DNA of 64,000 nt from Candidatus Curtissbacteria bacterium (GTDB taxonomy: Bacteria; Patescibacteriota; Microgenomatia; Curtissbacterales; GWA2-41-24), in the NCBI GenBank assembly GCA_016183325.1, contig JACPEV010000003.1, forward strand, positions 18,000 through 81,999, in the 5' to 3' direction. Made by a program: the position numbers and the translations under genes. Of the stretch, positions 10,484 to 21,555 are shown one piece after another (position 1 is the stretch's first letter; each line of letters starts with the position of its first letter). The notes under the pieces are model-generated. The model had not been told where the DNA came from. It did no database searches and saw only the letters and a program-made list of their open reading frames with translations.

Positions 10484-10626
10484 GTCCGCAGGCAGACGTA
10501 CACGGCTCGTGCTAAGTCAGACTTGGCTATCGAGTTTGACTCGGTGCCGCGATTTTAACGGGTGAAACCCGTTCAGTCTTACCTTTCGCCTTCAGGTGTT
10601 ATTTGTACATGGCTTACGGAGCGGAC
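10484..10626 (-). ncRNA. Candidate 6S-like structured RNA
   Basis: Intergenic and GC-richer; ends pair (GTCCGC/GCGGAC, GTACA/TGTAC) into a long rod with internal bubble and hairpins. Confidence 0.45.
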
Positions 10627-10641
10627 TGGACAGGTAAATTT

Positions 10642-12096
10642 TTAGCCCAAAGATTCTATAATATCTCCCTCACTAAAGTCAACGTTTGTAGCGAATCCTA
10701 TCCCACAGTCTTGACCTGAAAGTACAGTTTCGGCATCTTTTTTGAATCTTTTTAAGGAGATGATTTTTGATTCTAAACTTTGACCATTTGTACGTTTAAT
10801 AATGACACTGTCCCCTATTTTTAACCTGCCATGTGTAACGACTGCGCCGGCTATTTTTTTACCTTCGATATTAAAAGCGGCGACAATTTTGGCGCGGCCG
10901 GCAACCTTCAATTCGTGTTTGGCCTCTTGAAAACTTGTAGCAACTTCTTCCATATCTTCTAAGAGCTGATAAATAACATCATAACTCTTGATGACTATTC
11001 CCTCTCTTTCTGCTCGCGATTTGATTTGTCCTGAAATTTTGGTATTAAAGGATAGGATGGGTGAATCGGTTGTTTTTGCAAAGGAGATGTCATTTTCAGT
11101 TACTTGCCCAATACCAGATGAAATGACTAATAAGTCTTTCGGCAAGTTTTCAAGAATTGCTTCAAGAGAGCCGGCTACATCAGCCTTAATGATAACCTTA
11201 AATCTACCTTTAGCTTGTTGAGCTCTGGCAATAATATCTGCCATATCTAGTGGTTTTTTAGAGAGTACTCTCGTTTGAGTTTGTTCGCGAATAATCGAGC
11301 CAACTTCTAATACTTTTTTGAAACCTAAAACTTCTACCGGTTTACCTGGAAGGGCTTCTTCAACAATTTGTCCATTTTCATCAACTAAAGCCTTAATTGT
11401 AACGCTCTCATTGTCAATCTCGATTTTTCGGTTTTTCCCTAGCGTACCTTTCTTAACAATTACAGTAACCACAGGCCCCCGATTCTTGTCCAAAAATGAC
11501 TCTACAACAACTGATTCCAATGGCTCATTTGGCTGGCTTTGTTCTGGGGACAGCTGCCATACTAAATTGATCATTTCCAGCAGCTCTTTTATACCCCTGT
11601 TCTTTATTGCTGCAACCTCGACTAAAGGGACGTCACCTCCGTAGCTTTCAACGACTACGTCTTCTTTTTGAAGTTGTTTCTTGACTTTTTCGAGATTAAT
11701 GTCTGGAAGATCAGTTTTGGTAATGGCAACAATATATGGTTTTTGTGAAGCTTTAATATGTTTGATGGCCTCGACTGTTTGTGGCTTGACGCCATCATCA
11801 GCGGAAACGACTAGAATTATGATGTCTGCAATGTTTGCGCCACGTGAGCGCATTTTCTCGAAGGCTGCGTGTCCTGGCGTATCGATAAAAGTAATCGGCT
11901 TACCTTCGTGGATTATTTGGTAAGCACCAATATGCTGAGTGATGCCACCGTGTTCACGGGCAGCAACATTAGTTTTTCTGATAGTATCAAGGAGAGTAGT
12001 TTTACCGTGATCAACATGACCCAAAACGGTCACGACTGGTGGTCGAAAGTTGGTGTCTGGTTTCTGGTTCATAGTTACTGAAATTAGCGACGGCAA
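10642..12096 (-). CDS. infB: Translation initiation factor IF-2 (short form, no N-domain)
   Basis: RPPVVTVLGHVDHGKT, GGITQHIGAY, DTPGH. Confidence 0.97.
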   Translation of the reverse strand: MPSLISVTMNQKPDTNFRPPVVTVLGHVDHGKTTLLDTIRKTNVAAREHGGITQHIGAYQIIHEGKPITFIDTPGHAAFEKMRSRGANIADIIILVVSADDGVKPQTVEAIKHIKASQKPYIVAITKTDLPDINLEKVKKQLQKEDVVVESYGGDVPLVEVAAIKNRGIKELLEMINLVWQLSPEQSQPNEPLESVVVESFLDKNRGPVVTVIVKKGTLGKNRKIEIDNESVTIKALVDENGQIVEEALPGKPVEVLGFKKVLEVGSIIREQTQTRVLSKKPLDMADIIARAQQAKGRFKVIIKADVAGSLEAILENLPKDLLVISSGIGQVTENDISFAKTTDSPILSFNTKISGQIKSRAEREGIVIKSYDVIYQLLEDMEEVATSFQEAKHELKVAGRAKIVAAFNIEGKKIAGAVVTHGRLKIGDSVIIKRTNGQSLESKIISLKRFKKDAETVLSGQDCGIGFATNVDFSEGDIIESLG

Positions 12097-12106
12097 AACT
12101 TTTCAT

Positions 12107-13375
12107 TTAAGCTTTATCGCCATGCCTGCCGGTCCTCGACTCTGAGGGACTCGGACTCGAATGAGCAGGCAGGCCATCATCAGGACTTGATGATTCATTG
12201 CTTTGGGATGTTGCAACTTTCGACACTGATTTAGATCTGTTTTTCACTGATTTTCTGGCAACTACTGTTTTTGCTGTCTTAGTACTGTCTGGCACTGTAC
12301 TTTTGACAATGTTTTCAGTGTTTTTTTCAGTGCTTTGGGTGGTTGCAGTCTTTTCTGACTCTTCGACAATTCCGAGCGCTTTCTTGGCTTCTTCTTTAGC
12401 GGCCTTTTCTTTAGCCTCGACTTCTTTAGGGGAACCACTTTTACCGCGAATATCGATTTTGTAACCTGTGAGTTTGGCGGCAAGGCGGACATTTTGACCT
12501 TCTTTGCCGATAGCAAGCGAGAGTTGATTATCTGGCGCAGTAACTTCGGCAGTTTTGTCTTTTTCGTTAACTTTAACTTGTAATTCTTTGGCAGGAGAAA
12601 GGGCAGCTCTTATGAATTCTGCAGGGTCTTCCTGAAAGGCAATGACGTCAATTTTTTCGTCGCCAAGTTCATTGATAACTGCTTGGACTCTAACGCCTTT
12701 CTGGCCGACACACGAACCAACCGGATCGACCCCAAGCTGATTGGAGTAAACAGCAATTTTTGATCTCGAACCAGCTTCTCTAGCAACTACTTTGATTTCG
12801 ACAGAGCCTTGGGCAATTTCAGGAACTTCTTGACGAAATAGTCCTTCCAAAAGACCGTTTGCGGCTCTTGAGACGATAATTTCCTGACCTCTGGTGCCCT
12901 CTTTAATACCAACGACGAAAAATTTGAGCCGTTGATTAACGTAATATTTTTCGTTATGAGATTGTTCATTCGGCGGCATGATGGCTTCGGTTTTGCCAAG
13001 ATTGACGGTGACAACCGGGCCGGAAATGCGCTGAACAAGACCGGAGACAATTGTGCCTACTTTTGATGAGTATTCATCAAGGATAGCATTTTTCTCCGCT
13101 TCCCTGATTCGTTGTAAGATTACTTGTTTGGCGGTTTGAGCGGCTATTCTGCCAAAACCGGAGGGGGTGATATTTTTCTTGCCTTTGGTAAGTTGAACCT
13201 CTCCGGTATTGGCATCGAGATTGACTTCGATGCCTTCCGGATCGCCGAAATCTTTGCGGTAGGCAGCTAAAATTGCCTGTTTGATGGAGTCGATGACCAC
13301 TTCCGGTTCGACTCCCCGCTCGGAGCAAACCTGATTTAGGGCAGACGCAAATTCGGTTCTTGCTTGGATAGCCAT
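12107..13375 (-). CDS. nusA: Transcription termination factor NusA
   Basis: FGRIAAQTAKQ, DPVGSCVG, LAIGKEGQNVRLAAKLTG. Confidence 0.97.
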   Translation of the reverse strand: MAIQARTEFASALNQVCSERGVEPEVVIDSIKQAILAAYRKDFGDPEGIEVNLDANTGEVQLTKGKKNITPSGFGRIAAQTAKQVILQRIREAEKNAILDEYSSKVGTIVSGLVQRISGPVVTVNLGKTEAIMPPNEQSHNEKYYVNQRLKFFVVGIKEGTRGQEIIVSRAANGLLEGLFRQEVPEIAQGSVEIKVVAREAGSRSKIAVYSNQLGVDPVGSCVGQKGVRVQAVINELGDEKIDVIAFQEDPAEFIRAALSPAKELQVKVNEKDKTAEVTAPDNQLSLAIGKEGQNVRLAAKLTGYKIDIRGKSGSPKEVEAKEKAAKEEAKKALGIVEESEKTATTQSTEKNTENIVKSTVPDSTKTAKTVVARKSVKNRSKSVSKVATSQSNESSSPDDGLPAHSSPSPSESRTGRHGDKA

Positions 13376-13379
13376 TTAT

Positions 13380-13418
13380 TCGTTAATAGTTAATAGTTAA
13401 TCGTTAATGGTTAATAGG
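13380..13418. repeat. Heptamer tandem repeat (TTAATNG)n
   Basis: ttaatag ttaatag ttaatcg ttaatgg ttaatag upstream of nusA. Confidence 0.8.
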
Positions 13419-13536
13419 TAAGAAACTATATTTAAAAAAAGGCGCTAGTTCGCGCCTTAGACTCTTAACTTTCTAAAATGCAATCGGATTTTAGCAAAAT
13501 AGTATACTTGAGTCAACTTTATGAATGAACAGAGCT

Positions 13537-13590
13537 TGCTGAAAACCTAAGCCAAACTGTCATTCTGGGGAGCGAAGCGACTCCAGAATC
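13537..13590. repeat. GTCATTCTG-type palindromic repeat (partial copy)
   Basis: Near reverse-complement match to 60580-60634 and related to the in-frame copy at 52661-52770. Confidence 0.8.
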
Positions 13591-13644
13591 TGAACCTAGA
13601 TTTTAAAATTTTGCGTAAGTCGTATTAACTACAAAGTAATATTT

Positions 13645-14196
13645 ATGAAACCTCAGGAAGTTTTAAATAAACTAGAAGCGCAAACCAAGGATCAATTCTT
13701 GCCGATTATTGGGCCGGTGAAAGGAAAAGTTTTGGTCGATGTTGTTAAGAAGCACAAACCGAAAAGGGTTTTGGAAATTGGGACCTTGGTTGGTTATTCG
13801 GCGATTTTGATGAATATGCATTTGCAAAGAGGATCAAAGATTACCACAATTGAGATTGATCCCAAGACTGCAATTATTGCTAAGTCTAACTTCAAAAAGG
13901 CTGGTATCGCAGCGATGGTTGACCTTAAGGTTGGCAATGCTCTTGATGTGATTCCAAAGCTTGTGGGGCCTTTTGATCTTTTGTTTCTGGATGCGGCTAA
14001 AGAAGAATATTTTGATTATTTAATATTAGCTGAGTAAAAATTAAGCAAAAATGCGGTAGTGGTTGCAGACAATGTCGGCATGTTTGCGGATGCGATGGCC
14101 GATTATCTTGAATATGTAAGAAGCTCCGGGAAATACAAAAGTAAAACTTATGATTTTGGCTTTGATGCGGTTGAGGTGAGTGTTGTGGCGTCTTGA
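13645..14196 (+). pseudogene. O-methyltransferase (COMT/YrrM-like) with internal TAA
   Basis: VLEIGTLVGYS and FDLLFLDA; the frame resumes after TAA 14035-14037 as KLSKNAVVVADNV... to TGA 14196. Confidence 0.8.
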
Positions 14197-14309
14197 CCTT
14201 CCAAATTAGGCGCTTTTGATGGTAGAAGACTTACTTTTAAGGTAATATATTCAATCATAATGGCAAGTTCTTTTGCTTTTGAACCAATTTTTGTCAAGCA
14301 TTTTTCATT

Positions 14310-14347
14310 CTATACCATTTTGTGACGATCGTCAGAAAATAGTATAG
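14310..14347. repeat. 38-bp spaced palindrome CTATAC-N7-TGACGATCGTCA-N7-GTATAG
   Basis: Further copies at 15755-15792 and 36144-36181 with identical spacing. Confidence 0.85.
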
Positions 14348-14718
14348 ATTGGGCTTGCTCGACGAGGTCGGGCCTTGTTTTTCTTAAACTTATACTCGAC
14401 CGGGGTGTTGCTCTTCCCATGATTTCTGACGAGCAGCGCCAATTTCTTCTATATCCGGATGACGTCTTTCGAGCTCCATCAAAACAATACCATGGGCAAT
14501 ATTCCTGAATACTTCATCCCATGTTTCCTCGCCATGGATTTCGAGTCCATGTTCTTCAAAATCCTTGGCTGAAATTGACGTTTCTTTAATTAGTCTTGTT
14601 GCTAAATCAACTAGATTAACATTCGATTCAACAACAGTATCCCAAGCTGCATTCCATGGTACATACGGAACTTGAACCCCGGGTGTCTCTTCAAAGAGTT
14701 TTTGAGTTTTATATCTTT

Positions 14719-15569
14719 GGGTAATACCTGATTTTAGCCACTAGAATCAGTAATCTTTTTCAGTATTCGCTTTACCTGTTTTTCTGTATCCATATTGCGA
14801 TAATTGTATCGCCAAACATACTCTCCCAAAAAGAGGGGAAGATATTTTCTTCTCACTCCTCCTTTGGCGGCCAGTTTTCTTTTAAGATAACCCCAAAAGC
14901 CTTCCAGGCCATTGATATGATTCTTGCCTCGAACGTATTCTCTTTCCCCGTGTTTGACTGTTCTATGAACATAACCTTTAGCAGCCAGTCCTGTATATGC
15001 TCTCCAGGTGTCGGAGCAGATCCTAGAACCAACTTTAACTCTCCTGGTGATAATTGGCAACAAATCAATGGCTTCTGTGTCATCAACCAGCTTGGCAAAC
15101 ACCTTGCCATGACGGGTTAAAATACCGAAGACCGGTTGTTTTGTTGTTCCGAATCCTCGTTTGCTTTCTGCCTCTTTTCTGAGTTGGTTTTTCCGTTTGT
15201 TTTTCTTTTGACCACCAAGATAAGTTTCATCTACTTCGACTGTTCCCGAGAAAACCCTTGGTACATCTCTGGCCATCACCTTTCTGGTTACCATTACGGC
15301 TTTCTCTACTGAATAATGGCTGATTCCTGTTTGCCGGCAGATGGTTTTGATACTGTGTCCCAGTAAAAACCATAACAAAACCTTGTACCAGTTTCTCCTG
15401 GTTAACCCCAGGCCTCCCAGTTTTGGTTTCCACTCATAAAGACAGTTTTTGCAACGCTTTTTACCCCGTCTGACCGAGTAAAGATGTCTGTTTTGGCATC
15501 TAGGGCAAGAATAACCCTTCATAACAACCTAATTCTAACATTGTTAGTGGCTGTTTTCAGGGATTACCC
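14719..15569 (-). mobile_element. IS1595-family insertion sequence (851 bp)
   Basis: Imperfect TIRs GGGTAATACCTGATTTTAGCCACTA / GGGTAATCCCTGAAAACAGCCACTA; 7-bp target duplication TATCTTT (14712-14718, 15570-15576). Confidence 0.92.
14734..15522 (-). CDS. IS1595-family transposase
   Basis: CxxC zinc ribbon, VEVDETYLGG, SDTWRAY, HINGLEGFWG, EYVWRYN. Confidence 0.95.
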   Translation of the reverse strand: MKGYSCPRCQNRHLYSVRRGKKRCKNCLYEWKPKLGGLGLTRRNWYKVLLWFLLGHSIKTICRQTGISHYSVEKAVMVTRKVMARDVPRVFSGTVEVDETYLGGQKKNKRKNQLRKEAESKRGFGTTKQPVFGILTRHGKVFAKLVDDTEAIDLLPIITRRVKVGSRICSDTWRAYTGLAAKGYVHRTVKHGEREYVRGKNHINGLEGFWGYLKRKLAAKGGVRRKYLPLFLGEYVWRYNYRNMDTEKQVKRILKKITDSSG

Positions 15570-15801
15570 TATCTTTCATAAGCTCTTTGGACGAATTCAT
15601 CTAATAACGGTCGATTTTCGCCTTCTTGTGGGGACTGGAGATCCTTCATGGTGGCGAGATTATATTAAAATCTTTGTTGCAAATCAATTTTAGGACCGGG
15701 GAATTTTAAAATGACGAGGTCGGACCTGGTAATTTTGGATAAAAGCCAATCATTCTATACTGTTTTGTGACGATCGTCATAATTTAGTATAGAATCAGAT
15801 T

Positions 15802-16674
15802 TTAGAAAGTTTCTTCGAGTTCTTCGAGAAGGTCTTTTTGATGCCGATTGAGGCGAGTTGGTACCTGGATTCTGATGGTGACGTAGTGGTCGCCTTGGCC
15901 GTGGCCGGAGACGCGGGGGACACCTTTGCCGCGAAGGCGGATTTGAGTTCCTGATTGGGTACCCGCCGGGATACGGATTTTGACAAAACCATCAATGGTT
16001 TCTATTTCTTTAACTGTCCCAAGGGCAGCTTGTGAGAAGGATATTTCATCTTGAGTAACAATATCGTAGCCTCTTCTTTTGAACCTTGGATGAGGAGAAA
16101 CTTCACAAACGAGAATGAAGTTTGAGAAACGGATTTCCGAGCCGTCATCCACACCTGCCGGGATTTTGATTTTTTGTTTTTTACCCGCTTCGCCGCGAGG
16201 CGAGCCTTCGACTTCGACCTCTTTTTGGACACCATGAACCGCTTCCATAAAGTCAAGTTTTATGATGTAGCGGGGTAGTCTTGCTTGACGACCAAAAGGT
16301 GATCGTTCACCAAAAACCATTTCGAAAATGTCAAATGGGTCGGAGAAACCTCCGAAATCAAAGTTGAAATCCTGCGGTCCGCCTTGTGATGTCCAGGTAT
16401 ATGTACGAAATCCTCCAGGACCAGCGCCAGCGCCACCAAATCCTCCGCCCGGCTCAAAGGCCGCGTGGCCAAACTGATCGTATGCTGATTTTTTCTGAGC
16501 ATCGGAAAGAACCTGATAGGCTTCGTTTATTTCTTTAAATTTTTCCTCGGCACCTGGAGCCTTGTTAACATCTGGATGATACTTCCTGGCCATGGTGCGA
16601 TAGGCCCGCTTTAGCTCATCAGGGCTGGAGTTTTTTGAAACACCCAGAATTTCGTAGTAATCGCGTTTAGCCAT
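15802..16674 (-). CDS. dnaJ: DnaJ-family chaperone without zinc finger
   Basis: J domain with HPD, G/F-rich region, C-terminal domain; no CxxCxGxG repeats. Confidence 0.93.
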   Translation of the reverse strand: MAKRDYYEILGVSKNSSPDELKRAYRTMARKYHPDVNKAPGAEEKFKEINEAYQVLSDAQKKSAYDQFGHAAFEPGGGFGGAGAGPGGFRTYTWTSQGGPQDFNFDFGGFSDPFDIFEMVFGERSPFGRQARLPRYIIKLDFMEAVHGVQKEVEVEGSPRGEAGKKQKIKIPAGVDDGSEIRFSNFILVCEVSPHPRFKRRGYDIVTQDEISFSQAALGTVKEIETIDGFVKIRIPAGTQSGTQIRLRGKGVPRVSGHGQGDHYVTIRIQVPTRLNRHQKDLLEELEETF

Positions 16675-16712
16675 GGATAGTAATTATATATCTAAATATC
16701 CCTTCGTGGTAT

Positions 16713-16827
16713 TTATTCTTCGAGAGAGCCCTTCGATGTAACTCAGGGTAAACTCCGCGAATCGAGAAGTTACCTTAAAAATTAATGTTAATTTAAAGGG
16801 TAAGTTCTCACTTCGTTCGAACAATAA
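16713..16827 (-). repeat. MITE-like TTATTGTTCGA...TCGAAGAATAA family element
   Basis: Same ends as the GIY-YIG-flanking sequences, in inverted orientation. Confidence 0.7.
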
Positions 16828-16860
16828 ATGGAGTTGCATAGGAAAGTAGGAATTTTTAGA

Positions 16861-17289
16861 TCAATTAGAAATTTTCTTGCCTTGTAAATCTTGTCCGCCA
16901 TAGGTCGCTGTTGTCTTGTTGACACGAAACTCCAGTTGGCCGATTTGCTGATTTTCTGATGAAAGTTCTACTTTGTAAACTCCTGCCAAAGGAAGTGGAA
17001 AATTAACAAGTTCGGTTAACAAATTGGTTTTGCCGTTTTGGCCAAGAGTGACTTTAAGTTCGCGCTCGGGAAATTTTTGGTCTGTTTGGCCGGGCGGAAC
17101 AATTTTAAGCTTTAGAGGGTATTCAGTCCCTGGCTGACCTCGAAGAACAGTAACTAAAAACATTCGCGGCCAATTGGTAGGAAGATTGGCTACAAAAAAC
17201 TGGTCGAAAATACCGACTATTGAAAGCTTTTGTTCCTGGGAAACGGTGGCATAGTCGCAAAGAACGAAGATATCTGTAGATAGATTCAT
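16861..17289 (-). CDS. Hypothetical protein (DUF6941-like)
   Basis: LCDYA..KLSIVGIFD motif; 142 aa. Confidence 0.65.
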   Translation of the reverse strand: MNLSTDIFVLCDYATVSQEQKLSIVGIFDQFFVANLPTNWPRMFLVTVLRGQPGTEYPLKLKIVPPGQTDQKFPERELKVTLGQNGKTNLLTELVNFPLPLAGVYKVELSSENQQIGQLEFRVNKTTATYGGQDLQGKKISN

Positions 17290-17398
17290 TTTTAAATTTC
17301 TAATTGATCTAATTAACCTAATTTCTAAATAATTTCTTGAATTAGAAAATTTCTAAATTGGGATTTTGTTAGAAATTAGAAATTAGTAATTAGGAATT

Positions 17399-19357
17399 TT
17401 ATTCTTTGACGACTTCCCCTTCTTCTACGTCACCGGTTTTGCCGGACTTTGATCCCGGGCCTTTTGAATCGTCTGTTTGACCATCAGTAGGTTGACCTTG
17501 GGGCTGATTTTGATCGTCTGCTGGTTGACTCTGGCTGGCGCCGGGCTGACCCGCTTCGCCACCAGGCGAGCCGTACATTGATTGGCCTATTTTGGAAAGG
17601 ACACTGGAGAGTTCTTCGGTTTTGGCTTTAACTTCATCAATGGGACCGGCTGCTTGGATATCCTTAAGTGCCTTGATTTTTTCCTCGACTTCGGTCTTGA
17701 CTTCAGCGGGAACCTTGTCGCCGGCATCTTTGAGCGCTTTTTCGGCTTGATAGACAAGAGCATCTGCTCTGTTTCTGGTTTCAATCTCTTCTTTTTTGGC
17801 TTCATCTTCCTTGGCATGTTCCTCGGCTTCTTTGGTCATTCTGTCGATCTCGTCTTTGGTGAGACCGGTTGAACCGGTGATCTTTATTGACTGTTCCTTA
17901 CCTGTGGCTTTGTCTTTAGCCTTAACATTTAGGATTCCATTGGCGTCAAGATCAAAGGTGACTTCAACTTGAGGAATACCGCGGGGTGCCGGAGGAATGC
18001 CATCTAGGATAAATCGGCCGAGTGATTTGTTGTCGGCGGCCATCGGACGCTCTCCTTGGAGAACATTAATTTCAACAGACGTTTGATTGTCCGATGCGGT
18101 TGAGAAAACTTCGGATTTTGATGTAGGAACGGTAGTGTTTCTTTGAATCAGTGCGGTTGAGACACCGCCAAGAGTTTCAATTCCAAGAGTTAGCGGCGTG
18201 ACGTCCAGGAGAACCATTTCTTTCATCTCGCCGCCTAAAACTGCTCCTTGAACTGCGGCACCAACTGCCACAACTTCATCCGGATTGATGCCTTTGTGAG
18301 GCTCCTTGCCAAAAAAGTCCTGAACTTTTTGGGTTACCAGAGGCATCCTGGTCATACCGCCAACTAGAACAATCTCGTCAACTTTACTCGGGTCAATCTT
18401 GGCATCTTTCAGACAAGCTTTCACCGGACCGAAAGTTTTTTCGACAAGATCGCCGACGATTGATTCAAGTTTAGCTCGCGAAAGTTTGGTTGCAAGATGC
18501 TTTGGGCCGGTTTGGTCGGCGGTTAGATATGGAATCGAGATTTCCGTTTCGAGTGTAGTTGAAAGTTCAATTTTGGCTTTTTCAGCTGCATCACGAAGTC
18601 GTTGCAGCGCAGGCCTGTCCTTTGAAATATCCATACCAGATTCCTTGTTAAACTCCGTGGTCAAATACTCCACAATTTTGGCGTCGAAATCATCACCGCC
18701 AAGATGGGTATCACCATTGGTGGCTTTGACTTCAAATACACCTTCGCCCAGTTCCAAAATAGAGATATCAAAAGTGCCGCCGCCAAGATCGTAAACCGCA
18801 ATAGTGTGGGCATGAGATTTATCGAGACCATAGGCAAGGGCAGCAGCGGTTGGCTCGTTGATAATTCGCTCAACCTGAAGACCGGCAATTTCACCTGCTT
18901 GCTTGGTGGCTTGCCTTTGGGAATCGTCAAAGTAAGCTGGGACGGTAATTACTGCTTTTTCCACTTTGCCTCCAAGATAGGCTTCGGCGTCGGCTTTGAT
19001 TTTTTGCAGGATCATGGCGGAAATTTCTTGAGGAGTGTAATCTTTGCTTTCGACAGAAACGACGGCCATACCTTCACGGCCCGCTTTGATGTCATATGGA
19101 AGCCACTTAATATCTCTTTGAACTTCAGCGTCTTTGTATTTTCTGCCCATCAGCCTTTTTATAGAAAAGATAGTGGTTTTAGGGTTAACAATCATTTGAC
19201 GTTTGGCAACATCACCAACGATATGTTTTGTCGGATCCACCACAGATGGGATGATATTTCTGCCTTCTGCCGAGTGGATGACTTTAGGCTTTCCGCCCTC
19301 GACAACGGCTACTACTGAATTTGTTGTACCTAAATCAATACCTATTATTTTCGACAT
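17399..19357 (-). CDS. dnaK: Chaperone DnaK
   Basis: [36 protein letters not shown]. Confidence 0.99.
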   Translation of the reverse strand: MSKIIGIDLGTTNSVVAVVEGGKPKVIHSAEGRNIIPSVVDPTKHIVGDVAKRQMIVNPKTTIFSIKRLMGRKYKDAEVQRDIKWLPYDIKAGREGMAVVSVESKDYTPQEISAMILQKIKADAEAYLGGKVEKAVITVPAYFDDSQRQATKQAGEIAGLQVERIINEPTAAALAYGLDKSHAHTIAVYDLGGGTFDISILELGEGVFEVKATNGDTHLGGDDFDAKIVEYLTTEFNKESGMDISKDRPALQRLRDAAEKAKIELSTTLETEISIPYLTADQTGPKHLATKLSRAKLESIVGDLVEKTFGPVKACLKDAKIDPSKVDEIVLVGGMTRMPLVTQKVQDFFGKEPHKGINPDEVVAVGAAVQGAVLGGEMKEMVLLDVTPLTLGIETLGGVSTALIQRNTTVPTSKSEVFSTASDNQTSVEINVLQGERPMAADNKSLGRFILDGIPPAPRGIPQVEVTFDLDANGILNVKAKDKATGKEQSIKITGSTGLTKDEIDRMTKEAEEHAKEDEAKKEEIETRNRADALVYQAEKALKDAGDKVPAEVKTEVEEKIKALKDIQAAGPIDEVKAKTEELSSVLSKIGQSMYGSPGGEAGQPGASQSQPADDQNQPQGQPTDGQTDDSKGPGSKSGKTGDVEEGEVVKE

Positions 19358-19478
19358 TTATTCTCCTTTTCGTCGAAAATTCGCGAATTTAAACGAATTT
19401 TTAACGAATGTAAACGAATGAACGAATATTGGTTCAAATTAGTTCTCATTAGTTCAGATTCGTCAGCGTGAACTTTGT

Positions 19479-20135
19479 TCACGCATAATCTCCAAATTCT
19501 TTGCCACTTTGGGCCTTTTGTTCAGCTGCTTGATCGACTTTAGTACGTTCGACCGCAACTTTTACAGGTCGAATAACCTTATCATTTATTTTATAACCCT
19601 TAGCAACAACTTTAACAATCTTGCCATCATTTTGGCCTTCAATCACTTCGATTGCCTCATGAAGTTTTGGGTCAAACTGGACACCTTCTGCAGGGATTTC
19701 TTCGACTCCTTCTTGGGCAAGAACATCCTTAAACTGCTTTATAACCATTTCTAACCCTTGATCATTTAAGTGTTTTTGGGCGCTTTCAAGATTATCCAAA
19801 ATCGGCAAAAGCTTTTCAATTAAGATTATTGAGGATAGCTGGCTTAAAAGTTTTCTTTCATCATCGACTCTTCGCTCTAAATTTCTGTAATCTGCAAGTG
19901 CCCTTTTGAGCTGGTCCTCAAGACTTGCCCGCCTAGACTCGTCTTGGGCGAGGCTGGCAACCACTGAGGACACTGCAACCACCAAGGTCTCTGATTTAGA
20001 ACTGTCTTGCACTGACTTCTCAGTGTCTTCATGTTTCTTTTCAGTGCTCTCAGTGGTTACAATTTTTTCAGTGACCTCTTTGGTTACAGGTTTTTCTTCA
20101 ATATGATCAGTTGCGGCAGATTTAGTTTTGCCCAT
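19479..20135 (-). CDS. grpE: Nucleotide exchange factor GrpE
   Basis: RALADYRN, FDPKLHEA, KGYKINDKVIRP; between hrcA and dnaK. Confidence 0.95.
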   Translation of the reverse strand: MGKTKSAATDHIEEKPVTKEVTEKIVTTESTEKKHEDTEKSVQDSSKSETLVVAVSSVVASLAQDESRRASLEDQLKRALADYRNLERRVDDERKLLSQLSSIILIEKLLPILDNLESAQKHLNDQGLEMVIKQFKDVLAQEGVEEIPAEGVQFDPKLHEAIEVIEGQNDGKIVKVVAKGYKINDKVIRPVKVAVERTKVDQAAEQKAQSGKEFGDYA

Positions 20136-20147
20136 ATATTTCCTGAG

Positions 20148-20870
20148 TTAAATTCCCGTAAAGCCTGATAAAAGTTGCGAAAAGTATCTCATGGTTGGAA
20201 TAATTACCTGATAGTTAAGTCTGGATGGCCCGACAATAGCTATTACCCCTCTGTGATTTGGCATTGTGTAGCGCGAAACAACAAATCCACAGGGTTCCAA
20301 GTACGGAACACCAAGTTCTTCACCAAAGAGGATCTTAATTTGTTCTTCAGCTGCAAGTTGATCGAAGACTTGTCTTAGCATTTCAACCTTGTCGATCATG
20401 GAAAGTACGGTTTTGGTAATATCGATGTCGTAAAATTCTGGCATATCAAGAATGTTGGCCATGCCTGCGGCATAAATGTCGTTATTTTCGTTTGAGGCGA
20501 GGGCGAGTGAGTGAGTTTGATCGGCAAGAGCTTTTGTGGTGTGGCGAAGTAGTTGGTCAAACCTGTCTTTTGCTTCTGAAAGTTCTTCTTTTATAGCAAC
20601 TTCATCTTTTAGCGATAGAGTTTTTTCTTCCATGAGCTGGTCAACGTAGAATTTCATGCCTGCTGATGTAGGAATTCTGCCGGCTGAAGTGTGCAGTTGT
20701 TTTAGATAGCCGAGGTTGGTGAGTTTGACCATTTCGTTTCTGATGGTTGCAGGCGAAACACCGAGTCCGGCTTCTTTTTCAATGGTTTCTGAACCTACTG
20801 GATCGGCAGTTTCGATGTACTTTTCGATAATTGCTCGAAGTAGATTCTTTTGGCGATCTGAAAGGTCCAT
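20148..20870 (-). CDS. hrcA: Heat-inducible transcription repressor HrcA
   Basis: PVGSE, SPATIRNEM, HTSAGRIPT, GPSRLNY. Confidence 0.95.
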   Translation of the reverse strand: MDLSDRQKNLLRAIIEKYIETADPVGSETIEKEAGLGVSPATIRNEMVKLTNLGYLKQLHTSAGRIPTSAGMKFYVDQLMEEKTLSLKDEVAIKEELSEAKDRFDQLLRHTTKALADQTHSLALASNENNDIYAAGMANILDMPEFYDIDITKTVLSMIDKVEMLRQVFDQLAAEEQIKILFGEELGVPYLEPCGFVVSRYTMPNHRGVIAIVGPSRLNYQVIIPTMRYFSQLLSGFTGI

Positions 20871-20906
20871 GATTAATTTCCAATTAATCCCGAGTTTATC
20901 GAGGGA

Positions 20907-20944
20907 TTAGCAGACAATGTACCACGAGTGCTAATCGTTGTCAA
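20907..20944 (-). promoter_or_regulatory. CIRCE operator overlapping the sigma70 promoter of hrcA
   Basis: TTAGCACTC-N10-GTCTGCTAA on the minus strand; TTGACA-N17-TACATT. Confidence 0.85.
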
Positions 20945-21033
20945 GAGGCAATCAATTATATGATTGCCTCGTAGACCCTGAGCGAAGCCTTGTACCGGAC
21001 GGTACGGGGCGAAGCCGAAGGGTCAGAGTGGAG

Positions 21034-21519
21034 CTAGACTCCAAAATATTCGAGAATATAATTTTTACCATCTGATCTCATTTTGGATTTGTGGATTTTG
21101 AGATTTTTCTTTTTCTTGAGAAAAAAGGTCTCGATCATTCTGTAGTCGCTGGGCACAGCATGAACTTTTATCTTTGGCAGTTCTTTTTTAGTAAACCATC
21201 TGACTTCACCTTCATTTTTAGTTTGGGCAGTATTCTCTTGGGCTCTTGTTTCGCAAACCCAGATCATAAAATGACCAATTTTTGATTTTCCCTTATAAAG
21301 AATCTCCTCGACCGCACCTCGAAGGGCAATAAATTTGATATCAAGACTGCTTTCTTCTTTTATTTCACGAATAATTGCTTCTTCAATCGTTTCGCCGTAT
21401 TCCATTTTGCCGCCCGGCAAACACCAAAGTCCAAAGTACGGCTCCTTGATTCTTTTGATCAGAAGAAATTTATCTTTATAAATAACCGGGGAAGCAACTA
21501 TGTTTAGGATTTGATTCAT
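21034..21519 (-). CDS. NUDIX hydrolase
   Basis: PGGKMEYGETIEEAIIREIKEES Nudix box; probable start at MNQIL. Confidence 0.9.
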   Translation of the reverse strand: MNQILNIVASPVIYKDKFLLIKRIKEPYFGLWCLPGGKMEYGETIEEAIIREIKEESSLDIKFIALRGAVEEILYKGKSKIGHFMIWVCETRAQENTAQTKNEGEVRWFTKKELPKIKVHAVPSDYRMIETFFLKKKKNLKIHKSKMRSDGKNYILEYFGV

Positions 21520-21555
21520 GGCAATTTCCACAATACCATGATACAATTGTATTGT

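Larger units (their letters stand above)
14390..15649 (-). pseudogene. Orphan ORF (about 133 aa) interrupted by IS1595
   Basis: Removing the IS and one TATCTTT copy restores MKDLQSPQ...RAYERYKTQK...EQHPGRV*. Confidence 0.8.
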
